A program made the position numbers and the translations under genes. From Okamejei kenojei (taxonomy: Eukaryota), in assembly GCA_035221665.1 (NCBI GenBank), contig CM069131.1:76012001-76076000 (forward strand): DNA of 64,000 bases. The letters are read 5' to 3'. The notes below the pieces were generated by a model. That model saw nothing but the letters and a program-made list of their open reading frames with translations. It searched no databases and was not told the DNA's origin. This document shows positions 1 through 14,322 of this stretch, piece after piece. Numbering within the stretch: the stretch's first letter is position 1; each line of letters opens with the position of its first letter.

Positions 1-388
1 CGTTCCCTCCTATTGCCAGGTCAAATTACGACCTGTCTGAGAGGGACCAGTATCACATTATAGGAACTGCTATTACACGGGGACCTGAGCTAGGACCTGC
101 TCAACCATCTTCCCCTCGGGGCAGCGTGCACTCGCTACCTTCCCTGTCAGACTCGCGCCTCCAGTCATTCTCTTCGTTCACAGATGAGGATGACGTGTTT
201 GTCCAGGATTTGGACACTAGGGTCCCTGCTGGAGGTTTTCAGCCCCTTCCGCCCCCACATCCACAGGATCCCAGAGCTGTACCGGAGACCAGAGACAACG
301 AATTTCCACCGCTGCCTTTTCCGAATGCGTTTAAAGATCAGAGGACTGAGGAATTATTTAGCAGGAGTGATGAACAAGCTGTGATCAG
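1..388 (+). CDS. SHROOM3: SHROOM3 internal coding exon (5' end outside window), Pro-rich region
   Basis: Frame open from nt 3 (FPPIARSNYD...DEDDVF...PLPPPHP...EQAVI); donor AG|GTAACT at 388/389, phase 2, compatible with the acceptor at 8824/8825. Confidence 0.75.
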
Positions 389-999
389 GTAACTGCTAAA
401 TTATTATACTCTAGATTCACAGGCTTTTTTAAAGCACTGGTGTGGGTCTTATGAATTTTTATCAAACATTTTTCTCTCATGTCCCACTCAATTTATATTT
501 GAACTTACATGACTTGATATGATATTTTGTTCAGTAGAAATGGCTTAAAGTTCACAGTGTTTGAATTGATAGGTTGTGTGTATGGCTTTCCTTTGAGAAT
601 CATGCAATTTGAATTGTCATTCCTAGCTCTGGACATTGTGCACTGGTTTGATGTTGTCTCAGAATCCAAGAAATAATTTGCGTTGTTGGTGTTTCGATTT
701 GTGTCTGTACTGGCAATGGGAACCATATTATTTATCCATCACCGTTTAGAAGAAGCCATAGTTAGGAAAGAATGCATAATTAATCGATATGTAAGATAGA
801 CACAAATGATGGAGTAGCTCAGTCAGACAGCATCTTTGGAGAAAAGGACTAGGTGATGTTTCGGGTCGAGACCCTTCATTAAACCATCATCTGCAGTTAC
901 TTCTTACACACTTAATGTTTGTTTTCGATAAAAAAATAAGTAAAATTCACAAACGTAAGATGTTTTTCAGTAAATCAATTATGCAATTTTAGTTGCCCT

Positions 1000-1460
1000 G
1001 CTATAGTGAGGATGTAATTGTATTGGAAATAGTGCAGAGAAAATTTATGAAGATGTTGGCAGTCCTCGAGGGCCAGAGGAAATGTTGGGTAGGCTTTATG
1101 TCTTGGAGTGCGGGAGTCTGAGAGGTGACCTTACAGAGGTGAATAAAATCATGAGGGGGATAGTCAGGATGAATCCAGTCTTTTACCCAGGGTAGTGGAA
1201 TCAAGAACCAGAGGACATATGTTTAAGGTAAGTGGCAAGAATTAATAGGAACCTTGAGGGCAAGGTTTTCATCGTGGGTGGTGGGTTTTTGGAGCATGCT
1301 GCAAGAGGAGAAGGTTAAGGCAGGTATTGTAACACTATTTTAAAAACATTTGGACAAATTGCATGCATAGGAAATGTTTAGATGAATGTGGGCAAATTGA
1401 ACTAGTTTAAATGGGGCATCTTGGTCAGCATGGATAAGTTGGGCTGAAGGGCTTGTTGTG
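1000..1460 (+). mobile_element. Degenerate CR1/HER1-type LINE 3' fragment
   Basis: Remnants of the SLE.R.LRGDL..V and SRTRGH motifs; 3' tail gggctgaagggcttgt. Confidence 0.7.
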
Positions 1461-1489
1461 CTGTGTTACTCCAATGGGGGGACTCTCAG

Positions 1490-2680
1490 AATGCAGCCAG
1501 CTCAGATGGAGTCCCTGGACGGGTTCTGAAAATGTGCGCAAATCAACTGGCCACAGTCTTTACTGATGTCTTTAACCTCTCATTTCAAGTCTACTGTCCC
1601 CATCTGCTTCAAGGAAACCTTTCTCATTCCAGACCCCAAGAAAAATAGTGACCACTGTGACCAAAAATCAATTACCACTGCCCAGTAGCTCTGACATTGA
1701 CCACAATTAAGTACTTTGGAAGATTGGAGATGGCAAACATTTGTACCAGGCTTCAGATAATCTAGAACCCCTGCAAACCACCTAGAGTAAAAATAGGTAT
1801 GTGACGGATGCCATCTCTATTGTGCTACATTCAGTCTTTGATCACGTTGATAAGAACACCTATGTCAGGAAGTTATTCATTGACTAGAGATAATACCAAA
1901 TAAGCTCATCTCTATGCACCTTGGCCTTAGAGACTCCATCTGCAACTGATATATAGACTTATTGACTGGCAGATATCAGTCCATTAGAATTAGTCATAAC
2001 ACTTCCTCCTCCCAGTACACAATGGCTCAAGTACAATGCCAACTCAATGTTTAAGTTCACCGATAGCAACACTTTTGTCATATAGATCAACAAGAACGAT
2101 GAGGTGAAATACAGGAAAGAGATTGAGAACCTAGTGCCATGATGTCAGGACAATAAGTTGCCCATCAATGTTAACAAGACGAAAGAGTTGTTAAGTTGAC
2201 TTAAGGAAGCGGGGGAGTGAACACAAAGTAGCTGTTGTCGTCACGCTCGGGTTCCCAGGCATCCGTATCACTGGCAATCTAACCCGGTCCCTTCACACTG
2301 GTGATCAAGAAAGCACATCAGCCTATTTACTTTCTTGGGTGTTTAAGAAGATTTGGCATGTTAATGAGGATTCACTTGAACGTCTACAGATGTGCTTTTG
2401 AACGTATTCTGATAGAATACATCTCAGCCAGGTATGGCAACTGTTTTGCTCGACCACCTGAACCTGCAAAGAGTGTTCTACACAGCCTGTCTCAGACATT
2501 TTCTTTCTTCCATCCTGTCCATTTTCAAGATGTCGCATCAGGAAGGCTGAAATAATTGGCGAGGATGTCTGCCAATTTGGCCAATCCCTTTTTGCTCTGA
2601 CCACCTTTGATAAGATATAGGAACATGAAAGCTCGGATATCTAGACTTAAGAACATCATCTGCTATCTGAATCCTGAACC
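1490..2680 (+). mobile_element. Degenerate Rex1/Babar-type LINE fragment
   Basis: PDGVPGRVLK.CANQLA.VFTD.FNLS and KKAHQ..YFL..LRRFG motifs with many stops. Confidence 0.75.
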
Positions 2681-3039
2681 AACCACCTTTTTCACAGCCC
2701 ATTCCCTGAGATGCTGCCACATACTCTTAAATCTACCTGAATGGGCATTCCATTGTTACACTTTAATATTCTTTGCACTTCTCGAATTTTCAGTACAAAC
2801 TTGCATCATTCACTCATCGTATTGTTTTTATCATTACTATGCTGTTTATTCGGAGCTTTCCCATGAACAAGGAATTTCATTGTACCCTGGTGAATATGAT
2901 AAACTAATCAAATCTAAGTTAATCACAGTCTGGGCAAGCAGCTGGGTTTAAATGGCCAGGATCACTGTATCTTCACCCCTCAATTTAAGCTCAACCTGAA
3001 TAGACAGTTTGTAGTAGCTCCTAAAAAGGATGACACTAC

Positions 3040-5000
3040 AATGAACATACAATTAATAAAATTTCTTTATACGCAGATGATGTATTATTATATAACACAA
3101 ACCCCAAAATTAGCATTCCGAGTTTATTAAATCTTATAACACAATTTGGCTCATTCTCCAGATATAGAATTAATTGAAGTAAAAGTGAAATTATGCCGAT
3201 AGCGGAACAAAATCCGTCTATACTACAACAATTTCCTTTTAAAATCGCCTACGAAAAGTTTAAATATCTTGGAATCTATGTGACCAGGAAATATACTATT
3301 CTATTTAAATCAAATTTTCCTTTCTTAGTTACTAAATTACACAGAAATATCCGATTTTGGAAAACGCTTCCCATCTCACTAGTTGGTAAAATTAATGCCA
3401 TAAAGATGAGTATTCTCCCACAACTTATTCCAATCAATTCTGATATATCTTCCAAAAAAAATTGATTCCATCATTACTAATTTTATTTGGGATTATAAGA
3501 CCCATAGAATAAACAAAATACATCTATGTACATCCAAGGCTAATGGAGGATTAGCTTTACCAAACTTTCTATTTTATTGTTGGGCGGGTAATAATAAAAA
3601 ATATAACCTTCTGGCTGTATGACATTGATCAGCAGTCAGATTGGCTAAAGATGGAGAACGAGGATTGTTTACCTTCTGACATAGGCTCGATTCTCTTAGC
3701 TTCTATAAATTTGAATTACAAAACATATGAAGGAAACTCAGTTATACATAGTGTTTTCCGTATCTGGAAACAATTACAATTTACCCTAAAATTGGGTAAT
3801 TTTTCTCTTTTGATCCCTCTTGCAAATAACCCTTCTTTCAAACCGTCTTAGATAGAGGATTTGTTCAATGGAAAGCTCATGGAATTAAAATGGTGAGAGA
3901 CCTTTATCAAAAGGGGACTTTCCTCTCTTTTCAGGAATTACAGCAGAAGTACGAATTACATGTTAATAATTTTTTTAGATATTTACAACTTGGAGATTAT
4001 GTAAAATTATAAACGCAAGATTATAGATTTAGGGGCCCAGAAATCCTTGATGAATGTCTGAATCGACATCCTAATACAAATAAATTAATACCTTATATTT
4101 ATAATACCCTTTTAGATACTGACATTCCGTCATCAGAGTCATACAGACGAGCATGGGTGGATGAATTGGCTCAACCCATAATGAAAGGCACATGGGATGA
4201 AAGTCTACAATATATACACTACTGCTCGTTAAACACTAGACATTCCTTAATACAGTTTAAAATATTACATGGATTACACTATTCAAAGACAAAATTAAAT
4301 AGGATTTTCCCAAGCACTTCCCCTCTTTGTAATAAATGTCAATTTCAAGAAGCCAATTTAACTCACACTTTTGTAACTTGTATAAAAATGCAATATTTGT
4401 GGATGGACATTTTTTAAATTATCTCTAAAGTTATCGATAATCAACTGGACCCAGATCCAAAATTAATAATAATAAGATTATTAGAACATACCACAAACTT
4501 TACGATAAGCCAGAGACACTTCCCTGATTACAGTTTAATAACTGCAAAAAAATGAATACTTAAATTTTGGGGAAAAAAACAACAGCCCCCACAATTAAAA
4601 TGTGGATTATGGAAATGACCGAAACCTTGCATTTGGAAAAAATAAGATTTGTCTTAATCGACAAACCAGAACTTTTTTTAAATATGGTTTCCATTTATTG
4701 AATTTTTTTTTTAAGTAAACTGGTTTAACACAAACTTAAAGTCACAACTTGAGTTTAGGGTTGGATGAACAACTATACTTAACATCTCCCGGATCTATCT
4801 CCACAATCTTTATATTTGTAATCTCCTTTCTTTCGTGCTCTTCTTTCCTTTCTATTAGTTTTCTCTTATCTCTTTCTTTCTCTATTTCTTTTCTTTAAAA
4901 TAAAACTTTAAAAATTGAAGCTATGTAAGAACTTTAACCAGTTTGTCGTTTATTATCATTTGTACATATGCCTTTAATAAAAATATATAATTTAAAAAAA
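3040..5000 (+). mobile_element. 5'-truncated L1-clade LINE (RT C-terminal part, Cys-rich domain, AT-rich 3' UTR, poly-A)
   Basis: SLYADDVLLY at ~3063, FKYLGI, W..LPISLVGKINAIKM, GGLALPNF, CNKC...H; A-rich tail ~4975-5000. Confidence 0.88.
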
Positions 5001-6152
5001 GACGGCGCTTTCATAATTGCAGCACTCAATACTTTATCAAGTTGCTGCTCTGTATACATGGAACATGTTCCCACAAATGAAGAGAAATGACTTCAAGATG
5101 GCAGTTCCTGGCAAGAACCTGTGGGTGGTAAGAAAATACCCCATTCCCATTGCCATTCACAGCCACCAGTGAGCAACTAAAGGGGAGCCAAGCAAGAGAA
5201 GTCCTGGTGAGACATTGGGCAGTAGTTTGATCATCAATGTTGAAGGCCACATGGAGGACCAAGAGTAATATTTCCAGGGCACAGCAAGCAACAAGGGAAG
5301 GTTTAATTGACTTTGCTTGGGCCTGCCTCAGTACTGAGGGTGGGCTGGAACTCTCGAATTGAAGGGCATTTCTGGAGAGTCCTCTGCATCAGCCAGGTGA
5401 TCCGGAGAAAAGGAGGGCTGCAGCTGGGATAGGCATTGTTTTGGGAAGAAATTATGGATATTTTGGAAGGGGAAGTGTGACAAGCATCTTGTACACTGAA
5501 AGCTGGAATGGGAACCTGGTCTGCTGGGAATGAGATGAAGGAAGTGGGATATTTATTCCTGGATTCACTACATCAACTACTATTTCATTTATGTGGCCAG
5601 CCAGACCGTGTATTAATTTGCGGTTCATTCACTTTCTCTGATACTGAATTACACAGAATATATATACCCAGCAATTCAACTTTGCAATGTGTACATGGAG
5701 TAATTTACTTGCATCCAGAAATGATGAGTGTACATTGAGTCGGATCTTTGTATTTAATTGCAGTGCAGCATCACAACTTATGCAAGCAGCGAGAGCAGGA
5801 TCAGTTAGCAAATCTACCTTCCCTTCAGAAGCATACTGTCATTCACCCAAGGATAGGCATGATGTGGTGCAGAAAATAATTAGGCTTTTTTATGTGATGG
5901 ATCTGTGCATGTTTGAAACCCAAATATGTAAGTATTCCCTGCAATAGTTAGCGTCCTAACCCTGCCACTGCTAAAAACGCTACAGGCGATGGGAATGGCC
6001 TTACTCCTCGGCTGGCTGTATGGAGAACTGCCGCCACCTTGTGCTCAGCAAAGGAATTACGATCAATGTGTTTTATTGCTGGTATTCCAGACCTCCTTAC
6101 TCATAGCAAATTCATGCAGAAAACAGAGAATAAATGTAATGAACAGCAATGA

Positions 6153-7825
6153 TCAAGAGTCAAGAGTGTTTTATTGTCATGTCCCAGATAGAACAATGAA
6201 ATTCTTATTTGCTACAGCACAACAGAATATGTAAACATAGTACACTGTAAACAATATAATAAACGAGAGAGAGAAAAGTTCACTGTGTGTATATAATACA
6301 CATATGTACAAGTACACACATAGAAATGCAATAGTAATAGTCTATTGCAGTTCAGACCTACCGTCACAATAGGTTCACGGAGGATGCAATCTCACTGGCT
6401 CTCCACTCTGCACTGGACCACTTCGACAATAAAAACACTTGCGTCAGGCTGTTGTTCATTGGCTCGCCGTTCAATACCATCATCCCCTCCAAGCTGGTTA
6501 CGAAACTCACTGAACTGGGTCCCTGCGCATCCCACTGCAATTGGATCCTTGACTGCCTCATCCACAGACCACAGTCTGTTCGAATTGGCAGAAACACTTA
6601 ATCCACAGTGATAATCAGTACGGGAGCACCTCAAGGTTGTGTGCTCAGCCCCCTGCTCTACACACTCTATACTCATGACTGTGTAGCCAGACATAGTGCG
6701 AACTCCATTTTCAAGTTCACTGAAGACGTCACCGTTGTGGGACGAATTACAGATGGTGATGAGTTACATAGTATAGAAGTGAGATCCACTGACTGACCAA
6801 ATGGTGCCAGCACAACAACCTGGTTCTCAATATCAGCAAAACCAAAGAACTGATCGTGGACTTTGGAAGAGGAAGGTTGAGGACCCACAATCCTGTTTAC
6901 ATCAATGGGATGATGGTGGAGAGAGTCAAAAACTTAAAATTCCTGGGCATGCATATTTCCGACGATCTTTCCTGGACCCAGCGCACTGGTGCAATCATAA
7001 AGAAAGCACATCAGCGCCTCTACTTTCTGAGAAGATTACGGAGATTTGGTATGTTAAAGAGGATTCCCTTGAACTTCTACAGGTGCACAGTAGAGAGCAT
7101 ACTGACTAGTTGCATTGTGGCCTGGTTTGGCAACTTGAACGTCCAGGAGCGGGAAAGACTGCAAAAAGTTGTAAACACAGCCCAGTCCATCACCAGCTCT
7201 GATCTTCCCACCTTCGAAGGGATCTATCATAGTCGCCGCCTCAAAAAGGCAGCTAACATCATCAAAGAACCACACCATCCTGGCCACGCACATATCTCAC
7301 CACTGCCATCGGAAAGAAGGTACAGGAGCCTGAGAACTGTGACATCCAGGTTCAGGAACAGCTTCTTCCCTACAGCCAACAGGCTATTTAACACTACAAC
7401 CTCATAAGCTATGAACTACAATAGATTATTATTATTATTATTATTGCACTATTATTGTTTTTTTTTTCCTGAGCTTTTGTTATTATGTATTATGATTACA
7501 TATTCTGTTGTGCTGCAGCAAGTAAGAATTTTGTCATTCTATCTGGGACATATCACAATAAAACACTCTTGACTCTTGAGAGCTTATTTGAGGTTGTGTA
7601 CAACAGCCTGATGGCTGTAGGGAAGAAGCTGTTCTTGAGCGTGGACGTTACAGTTTTCAGGCTCCTGTACCTTCTTCCCGATGGCAGGAGTGAAATTAGT
7701 GTGTGGCCAGGATGGTGCAGGTCTCCGATGATGCTGGCTGCTTTTTTGATTCAGCGACTCTGATAAATCCTTTCGATGGTGGGGAGGTCAGAGCCGGTGA
7801 TGGACCGGGCAGTATTCACAACTGT
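6153..7825. mobile_element. Rex1-type LINE (+, ~6357-7578) inserted antisense into a same-family copy (-, ~6153-6356 and ~7579-7825)
   Basis: STGAPQGCVLSPLLY, KAHQRLYFLRRLRRFG, RFRNSFFP; tail aataaaacactcttgactcttga, whose reverse complement lies at 6153. Confidence 0.85.
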
Positions 7826-8824
7826 TCGGGAGCATTATAGAATACTCTCAACTTGTCTGGATAAGTGCAGCTTCAACACTAATGAAACTTGATACCGTAC
7901 AGGCAGAGTACAGAATGCATCTGTTATTGCTTTGTAAATGACTGTTGATAAATTTATTTTCAGCTTCCATTCTGGATACAAAGCAGCAAATATGTATTGA
8001 TTTGAGAGTTAACTGGTATTTTATATTTCTCCGTTACACTAGTAACAAGGACAGAAAAATTATGCCTTTTGCTATTAGGACAAATAAAGTTCAAAAATAA
8101 AGATGGATCTGTTAGATGAACTGCAATTAATGTGGAGTTAACATATGTTGTTGGATCCTGAAGTCACATTTCTTTAAAATCAAATTTTATTGTGAAATCA
8201 TATATGGTTTCTAGTCTAATTATGTTTCCTTTGGCTCACGGTTTACTTGAGCACTACACATCAATCACAATCCTCGATTGTGATTGATTGATTTTGTTTG
8301 TTTGCCCCATCAAGACTGTAATCTCACCGAGTGAAGTGGAGGTAGCGAAATAAAGCAAAAATTATTTAAATAAAAATAGTTATACCACTCTACATCTGAG
8401 ACTGAGGGAAAAAAATCACTCCGATCAATGTTATAAAGCGTTCATTGGAATTATAAAACTGCACTGCACAATTAACCACCAATTTATTTGCCATAATAAG
8501 AATAGTCAACATAATTCAAAGACGTTAGATACTAAGGTGGGTGGAGACATGAGCATCAAATGCAGCTAATAAATGGCACACAGTCTTATTTATAGAAAAC
8601 ATTGCTTTAATCATTCTAAAATACATCAATCATTCAGTTTGCACTAATGAATTGAATTCTAATACAACATCTAAAGTGTCAACCCGTAACAAATTGAATA
8701 AGAAATCAAGCATATTAAATTTCTCTTACTCATTGATGACAGACCTATGAAATTTATTTACAAAATGTTCACAGAAGTAATTCCTTTCAGCTACAGTAAT
8801 GATCTATGTTTTTACATTTTATAG

Positions 8825-9319
8825 GTTTTCAGAAAACGATTCCACCAGGGGCCTGGTGCCTGTGATAAATGACGCAGATGAAAATAGCCGTGCAGTCCCG
8901 CTATGCAGCAGCTCTGCCCAACGCAGCACCAGTGTTAATATACCAACCACTCTTACAACCCAGGAAGAACCCCACTCATCCCAAACTGAGCATTGCAAAA
9001 GCCAGAGCTGGGATTCCCCATGTGATCAAATGCAAAATGCAGCCACAATCCAGGAAAGCTCGGACTGTAAACTCGCTTCAATGCCAATGGAAGAAATCAA
9101 GAAATCACCTGAGGACCTCAAGTCAGAAGAACTTGCCAAAGAGATCATTGGCAAAGACAAGTCTTTGGCAGAGATTTTAGATCCAGATTCGAATTTGAAG
9201 ACAACCATGGACCTGATGGAGGGCATTTTCCCCAGGGGCAGCACAGTGAGGCAGGAGGTGCAACACCGAAGGCCAAGATTACAGAAGATGGTCAACAACT
9301 CTGTATTTGAGGAGGAGAA
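8825..9319 (+). CDS. SHROOM3: SHROOM3 coding exon, start of ASD2 ([38 protein letters not shown])
   Basis: Acceptor ttttatag| at 8824, donor AA|GTAAGT at 9319/9320; Shroom ASD2 N-terminal motif. Confidence 0.92.
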
Positions 9320-9487
9320 GTAAGTTGCAACGTTTTTTAAGGGATAGAATCAAATAATTCTAGTACAGCAACTAAACAGTGTTTGCAATGTATTTACGTC
9401 AATGCTATTTAATCATACGTAAACGAAATGTTGCATTTTCCATCTCCTGTTAGGTGAAACCAGTCATACTAACTCTGGCATTGTCCA

Positions 9488-10554
9488 AAGAGTAGGAGTG
9501 AACGGGTCCTTTTCAGAATGGCAGGCAGTGACAAGTGGAATGCCGCAAGGCTCGGTGTTGGGGCCGCAACTGTTTATCATATATATTAATGATTTGGAAG
9601 AGGGAATTAGGAGCAACACTAGCAAGTTTGCGGATGACACAAAGCAGGGTGGCAGTGTGAACTGTGAAGAGGATGTTAGGAGGTTGCAGGGTGACCTGGA
9701 CAGGTTGAGTAAGTGGGCAGATGCGTGGCAGATGCAGTATAATATAGATAAATGTGAGGTTATCCACTTTGGCAGCAAAAACAAGGGGGCAGATTATTAT
9801 CTCTATGGGGTTAGGTTAGGTAAGGGGGTGGTGCAGCGAGACCTGGGCGTCCTTGTACACCGGTCACTGGAGGTTGGCGTGCAGGTACAGCAGGCAGTGA
9901 AGAAAGCTAATGGAATGTTGGCCTTCATAACAAGAGGATTTCAGTATAAGAGTAAAGAGATTCTTCTGCAGTTGTATAGGGCTCTGGTGAGACCACATCT
10001 GGAGTATTGTGTACAGTTTTGGTCTCCTAATTTGAGGAAAAACATCCTTGTGATTGAGGCAGTGCAGCGTAGGTTCACGAGATTGATCCCTGGGATGGCG
10101 GGACTGTCATATGAGGAAAGATTGAAAAGACTAGGCTTGTATTCACTGGAATTTAGAAGGATGAGGGGGGATGTTATAGAAACATATAAAATTATAAAAG
10201 GACTGGACAAGCTAGATGCAGGAAAAATGTTCCCAATGTTGGGCGAGTGCAGAACCAGGGGCCACAGTCTTAGAATAAAGGGGAGGTCATTTAAGACTGA
10301 GGTGAGAAAAAACTTTTTCGCCCAGAGAGTTGTGAATTTATGGAATTCCCTGCCACAGAGGCTAGTGGAGGCCAAGTCACTGGATGGATTTAAGAGAGAG
10401 TTAGATAGAGCTCTAGGAGCTAGTGGAGTCAAGGGATATGGGGAGAAGCAGGCACGGGTTATTGATAGGAGCGAACCGCCATGATCACAATGAATGGCGG
10501 TGCTGGCTCGAAGGGCCGAATGGCCTCCTCCTGCACCTATTTTCTATGTTTCTA
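9488..10554 (+). mobile_element. Young 5'-truncated CR1 LINE with uninterrupted RT C-terminal ORF (9498-10484)
   Basis: SGMPQGSVLGP, KFADDTK, LVRPHLEYCVQFWSP; (tttctatg)n tail; TGTCCA on both flanks as putative TSD. Confidence 0.92.
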
Positions 10555-11102
10555 TGTCCATTCCCAACACTGCATAAATAGTGGGGCACAAGTGGCCCAT
10601 TGGCAATGATAACAATCTCTGATAATGTTGTAATTACCTGTGCTTGGTGTAATCATTCGATAGTAAAGCAGAATGAATTTTGCTCCTAAACGTGGAGAAC
10701 ACTAAACATGCCTGAAAAATATATACAATAAACCCTTGTTATAAAGGATCATATTGGGGGGGGTGTGGCGTCCACTATTGCCAATTGGCAGCTGTAATCA
10801 AGTAGATTATTATTGTATGTAGTTAAAACAAAAAACTGTAGATGCTTGTGGCATCTACAAGGACACAAGATGCTTGTGGCATCTAAAAGGACACAAAATG
10901 CAGGAGTAACTCAGTGGGTCAGGCAGCATCTCTGGAGAACATGGATAGGTGGTGTTGGGGCCCTTCTTCAGATTGATTCGGTCTACTGAGGTAATTCAGC
11001 ACTTTGTGTTTCATCTTAAAAGCAAATGTCTCTGGTCTGTACCGGGCGAGCCCTTCCCAATCAGCCCGGCGAGAAGGCTTGGACATCGAACAAAGGAGGA
11101 AG

Positions 11103-11953
11103 TGTTAAAGAAGGAACTGCAGATGCTGGAGAATTGAGGGTTACACAAAAGGCTGGAGAAACTCAGCGGGTGCAGCAGCATCTAAGGAGCGAAGGAGATA
11201 GGCGACGTTTCGGGTCGAGACCCTTCTTCAGACTGGTCAGGGATCAGGGAAACGAGAGATATAGACAGTGATGTGGAGAGATAAAGAACAATGAATGAAA
11301 GATATGCAAAAAAGTATCGATGATAATGGGAACAAGCCATTGTAAGCTGTTTGTGGTGTGAAAATGAGAAGCTAGTGCGACTAGGATGGGGGAGGGAGAT
11401 AGAGATAGAGGGAATGCCAGGACCCGAGGGCTGAGGGAGTGGTGGGAAGGGGAGGAGACAGCAAGGGTTAACAGAATTGAGAAAATTCAATGTTCAAGCC
11501 CAAAGGATGCAGACTCCCCAAGCGGAATATGAGGTGCTGTTCCTCCAACTTGCGGTGTTGCTCACTCTGGTCGTGGAAGAGGCCCAGGACCGAGAGGTCG
11601 GATACGGAATGGGAGGGGGAGTTGAAGTGCTGAGCCACCGGGAGGTCGGGTTGGTTTTTGCGGACCGAGCGGAAGTGTTCGGCGAAACGATCGCCAAGCC
11701 TCCGCTTGGTCTCACCGATATAGATCATCAGGCATCTGGAGCAGCGGATGCAGTAGATGAGGTTGGAGGAGGTGCAGGTGAACCTCTGTCGGACCTGGAA
11801 GGACTGTTTGGGTCCCTGAAAGGAGTGGAGGGGGGAGGTGAAGGGACAAGTGTAGCATTTCTTGCGTTTGCAAGGGAAAGTGCCCGGGGAAGGGGTAGAG
11901 CGGGAGGGAAGGGAAGAATTGACAAGGGAGTTGCGGAGGGAGCGGTCTTTGCG
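11103..11953 (-). mobile_element. Penelope-like element fragment (GIY-YIG endonuclease plus 3' terminal repeat with hammerhead-like core)
   Basis: ORF 11468-11959: NLIYCIRC..C...YIGETKRRL..RF.EH...EEQHLI...LGLN; flanks gaacaa(a)ggaggaag duplicated. Confidence 0.88.
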
Positions 11954-12356
11954 GAACAAGGAGGAAGATGACTAAACTTTATTGTCTTCCATCACAGTGA
12001 GGAATGTTGTTTCCACTGTGGTGGATATTATGTTCAATTTTATTGTGTATTCTGTTCTTTTTAGTTGTATGGCTCTATGGTAACTCAAATTTCACTGTAC
12101 CTTAATTGGTGCATGTGCAAAATGTGAACTTGATCACATTGAATGGTGGTGCTGGCTCGAAGGGCCGAATGGCCTACTCCTACACCTATTGTCTATCTAT
12201 CTATGTATTTTATCTTCTTTCTACCTTCTTTCCAGCATCTGCAGTTCCTTCTTAAACTTTTTTTAATGTCTCTTTATTAATGACACCTGATTGAACTACT
12301 TTTATTCTTTTAAAAACCTTTTATGTTCATGTGTAACAAGTACATTTCTTTCTTAG

Positions 12357-12510
12357 GAAAGAGGAGAAAGAGAGGGGAGCAGCCACCGCACATTGTCCCA
12401 CTTACTACAGCACGTCGGCCCTCAAAGCTGAGCTGATGAATAAAATAAAGGATATGCAGAGAAATGATGTTGACGATGAGGAGGAAGTACCGGACATAAA
12501 CGAGAAAAAG
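12357..12510 (+). CDS. SHROOM3: SHROOM3 coding exon (KEEKERGAATAHCPTYYSTSALKAELMNKIKDM...DINEKK); absent from the ORF track
   Basis: Acceptor tttctttcttag|, donor AAG|GTGCTG; phases join both neighbouring exons; matches the Shroom YYSxSAxKAEL motif. Confidence 0.92.
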
Positions 12511-14049
12511 GTGCTGAAATTTCAGAGCTACATTGCTAAAAGCAAAGCCTGACTTCATTCATCTCTGTGACCCAGGAATTGAATACATTAGGCCACTCAC
12601 CCCCCACCCACCTTGATACTGCCCTGCCAAAAGACACAGAATCATTATTAGCACAGAATCATTATTGGCCCATCTGTTCTTTGAAGAATATTACAGTGAC
12701 CTCGATCCTTCTGCTCTCCTTCCATGGCTCTGTAATTCATTTCTAACATACAAATATTAATAAAAACCCAGACTTGAACTACTTGGATATTAGCCTAGCC
12801 AGTGGGTGAATCAGATTACACCTGCTCACTATGTAAGAAAATAGGTCAATTCTCAAGTCAGGTCCTTTCTCACCCTTCATTTTTTGGTAATCCTTTTAAG
12901 TCTGCAGGTGCTTGTGATTCTTCCCATTTGGGACCCGCTTTGTTGTATTTACCTTTTCTAAATTTGATATCCGGCTTTGCTGCAGTTAAATGTCCTGTAA
13001 TCTCAGTAGGAAGAACGTCGGGGCCTCAAGAGAAGGTAAATGTATTGGCTGCATTACATTGACTAGCCCGGCAAGCCTAATTTATGAGTCAATTTTCCCA
13101 AATTATTACATTTTCCTTGTAACCTTCAGAATCTTTGATTAAACTACAGTGATTTTAAAAAAATATCCTGGGATGAATTTGAACCATTCTTATTGCCTAG
13201 CTCTATAATAACGATTATACAGTGATTCTCAAATGCTATTTGTTGTGAAAGGGGTATCCACACCCCTACCAAGTTGTCCCATCCATTGAATGTCATTCAC
13301 TATTATCAAGCACTTGGCACAATTCACAATGCAGCGATTGAACCTGAGCTGGTGTATTGGTGCCCCTTTATATTACAAAGGTTTGTTGAAGTGATTCACA
13401 CTGAGGTGTCCAGTGCTGTGGCATTTGGCCCACTTTACATTTAATGCACTATTCGAAGCACGACCACAAGTGCTTAATGTGCTTACTTTAGTTTCTCTGA
13501 TCCTGCATTGTTGTGTTGAAGTAAACCCTTCTAGAGGATCAGTGAAACTAAAATCTTCTCTTGGCCAAAGAAATAAACCAAATGCTGAAGTAACTCAGCA
13601 GATGAGACGCATTCCTGGAGAACATGGATAGGCAACATTTCAGATCCGAACCCTTCTTCAGTCTGAAGCTGAGTTACTCCAGCATTTTGTCTTTCTTTGG
13701 TACAAACCAGCATCTGTAGTTTCCTGTTATGACACCTTTTCAAACAAGTCGCTTGCAGAAAGGAGCAAAACAGAACTTGCTAGAGTTTCTGTCCCCAACA
13801 ACCAATAGCACCTCATTTAGTTTGCAATTCTGTTTGCTGAAATCAGGTGGCACTGCTTGTGATAGCTTTGTAATGTATAAAGACCAATATTGTATACTGC
13901 GGCCGGCTAACGGAAACCAAAGTATATAGTCATTGTGTAAAAATGTTCAGTTAATGTTTTAAATAATTTTAACAAATAGTTTTGAAAGCAACGTTATGGC
14001 TTCCGACTTTCTTTCACTAACTTAATTCAGTTCTCTTTCTACTTTACAG

Positions 14050-14322
14050 AATGAGCTAATTGAGAGCATAACATGTAAAATTCAAACCCTGCGTGAAGCC
14101 AAGGAGAGCCTAGCAACTGACATTAAACTGAATAGTGCTCTGGGCGAGGAAGTGGAGATCATGATTAAAGGCTTATGCAAGTCCAATGAATTTGAGAAGT
14201 ACAAGATGTTAATTGGCGACTTGGACAAGGTTGTAAACTTGCTGCTTTCCCTCTCTGGTCGTTTGGCACGAGTGGAAAATGTCCTGAAGACTCTGGATGA
14301 AAGTGCAAATGCGGAGGAGCGT
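14050..14322 (+). CDS. SHROOM3: SHROOM3 ASD2 exon ([10 protein letters not shown]...[23 protein letters not shown]...AEER)
   Basis: Acceptor ctttacag|, donor CGT|GTACGT, 273 nt phase 0/0; core SD2 ROCK-binding motif [14 protein letters not shown]. Confidence 0.95.

Noticed and set aside
5026-5960. Possible old LINE or coding remnant
   Set aside because: No motif could be identified with confidence.
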